Source of the DNA: Takakia lepidozioides
Taxonomy: Eukaryota; Plantae; Bryophyta
Assembly (NCBI GenBank): GCA_030704615.1
Contig: CM060734.1
Coordinates: 51,708,001 to 51,772,000 of the forward strand
DNA length: 64,000 bases
Reading direction: 5' to 3'
This document shows positions 62,480-64,000 of this stretch, in pieces; the first letter of the stretch is position 1, and each line of letters opens with the position of its first letter. Made by a program: the position numbers and the translations under genes. The notes under the pieces were generated by a model. That model saw only the letters and a program-made list of their open reading frames with translations. It had not been told where the DNA came from and did no database searches.

Positions 62480-62980
62480 TGCCCTCTTTGCCTTGGCTGA
62501 TTGTTGTTTATAATGTCAAACAAGGTAAGTCCTAGCAGAAGAGAGTAGAAAAGATTCTCAAGGACCTGGACCTGGATCCGCAAGTCTTGACCCTGCTGGA
62601 TAAATCTGACTTAGAGGCTGTAGTGTCTGAAGCCATGTCTGTTGCCATGAGATTGTGTGATGAAAATGAAGTTAGGCAGAGAACTTCCCTGAACTTGTTT
62701 CCAGTCAGTGACATGGGGGTGACATCTTGGATGACCAGGGTCTACCCACTCTTGGCACTACAGTGAAATTTAAACTCAGGGCAGGAAGCCTACCTTTGAA
62801 CAGCAAACAGAAGCAGAGAGGAAAGGGAGAGTGCAATTGTCCGTTGTGTGGGCAATCTGAAGACAATATTCATTTTTTGATACACTGTCCGGGGTTCTCT
62901 CACCAAAGAGACGCTCTTTTCAATTCAATCAAGGGAATTGTGCAAATCACACCCAGCAGATTGATGCTTGTGTGAAGGGT
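62480..62980 (+). mobile_element. LINE ORF2 C-terminal fragment
   Basis: KFKLRAGSLPLN...CPLCGQSEDNIHFLIHC, the CCHC zinc-binding motif typical of non-LTR ORF2 C-termini. Confidence 0.65.
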
Positions 62981-64000
62981 TTTCTAGAGGATATCTGGAA
63001 AACCCGGATTAATTCTTATATGAAGGTAAGTCTTACTACCAACGTCAACCCCTGACTGAGGTAGGTTTTGTTCCTTTTGTTCCCGCTCAAACTGGGCACG
63101 GGGTCAATGGCCACAAGGCTACGGCAAACAACGTCTTATGAGTACAATGTATAATGGGGTGTCCATTTCCCCCATTTTACACCATGTTACGAGGGAAGTA
63201 CGAAGTGCCACCAAGCTTTGGGCCATGAATTCTCCAAATTATGTGGAGTGCAATCAGGGTTTTCTGAAGGGGTGCTGCCTGTGGAGTGAACTAAAGTGTT
63301 CATTCACCTTGTCAGAAAGTGCTTGTAGGCTTTTCTTTAAGGGGGAGGCAGGTATCTTGAATTACGCTTCGTTTCCCGAGTGCTACTAGCCTTTTCTATT
63401 GCAGGGAGACCCTACCTAGCGCATCTTTAAGGGTGGAGGTGTGTCCAAGAGTCACTTCAATAGCGAATCACTGTGGACTATTTTTTGTGGAAGGAGTATT
63501 TTGTGAGTGCTACGTAGTAGTCATCTGTAAAATTGGGCGAGGTTGCAATCGTCAAGTACAATGGTAATCTTTCTTACTTGGTCCTAGCAAGTGGTCAGTA
63601 ATACAGTTTGCCAGACTTCTTGAAGGAGATAGAGACCCAGTTTTGCAATTTTGTTATGCCTTGGTTACATTTCTGTATTTCTTCCAATTGGGTCTCGCCA
63701 TGGTCAGAATAGTGGTGCAACTTCATGTAAGTTGTCCCTCATGTTCATCAAGAAAGGCAAGTAGAATCGTTTGAAAGTTATATTCGGGGAGTGCGTGGTC
63801 TATGTGACGACGTGATTTTCACCAGTTTCTGCTTAGACATATTGTGTTGATGTCGTTGCCTGAGAGCTGCTCTCATTCTCTGATTTCAGATTATGTGTAC
63901 TGGCAGAGTTGTGAAGCTCCATGAAATTGTTGCTTTCTGAGTTCTGGGCACAACAATTTGTATTAAGCCATTCCCCAAATGAATGAAACTCATTATTAAG

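Noticed and set aside
62610-62630. CTGTAGTG as the second CACTA end (also GTTGTGAGG near 60600)
   Set aside because: Poor match to CACTACAACAGA. The first lacks the AGG TSD and lies in the LINE fragment; the second lacks TAGTG.

Overview
Eukaryotic, intron-containing plant DNA, probably from a seed-free land plant (inferred from gene families and intron style, not proven). Two host genes (a BAHD acyltransferase at 20700-22196 and a multi-exon transketolase at 25898-30981, both minus strand) lie between two blocks of nested transposons. Left block: a 17.5-kb Mutator-like element (1929-19379; ~270-320-bp TIRs; 9-bp TSD TTGGAACAC) encodes a SWIM-type transposase and a convergent Ulp1-like protease gene. 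It is interrupted by a Ty3/Gypsy retrotransposon (5214-14453) whose polyprotein has a DNMT3-like C5 cytosine methyltransferase between protease and RT, and a PHD finger after integrase. Right block: a CACTA transposase gene is split by a complete 13.6-kb MULE (45237-58882, 9-bp TSD ATCGGCTAT), and a truncated, diverged relative of that MULE lies at ~32.1-40.3 kb. The best candidate for a new system is in these two related MULEs. Each carries, head-to-head with its transposase, a spliced gene for a ParB/Srx-like domain (VWDGNHR) fused to a beta-class N4/N6 DNA-methyltransferase-like fold (DIPD where DPPY is expected). Each element's non-coding DNA also carries its own palindrome: AATTTCGGCGCCGAAATT spaced ~60-65 bp apart in one, GAATGTCGTTGACGACATTC in the other. 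This suggests a ParB/parS-like self-recognition or anti-silencing module. Most TE ORFs carry stops or frameshifts. All domain calls are by-eye motif recognition; no database searches were run.
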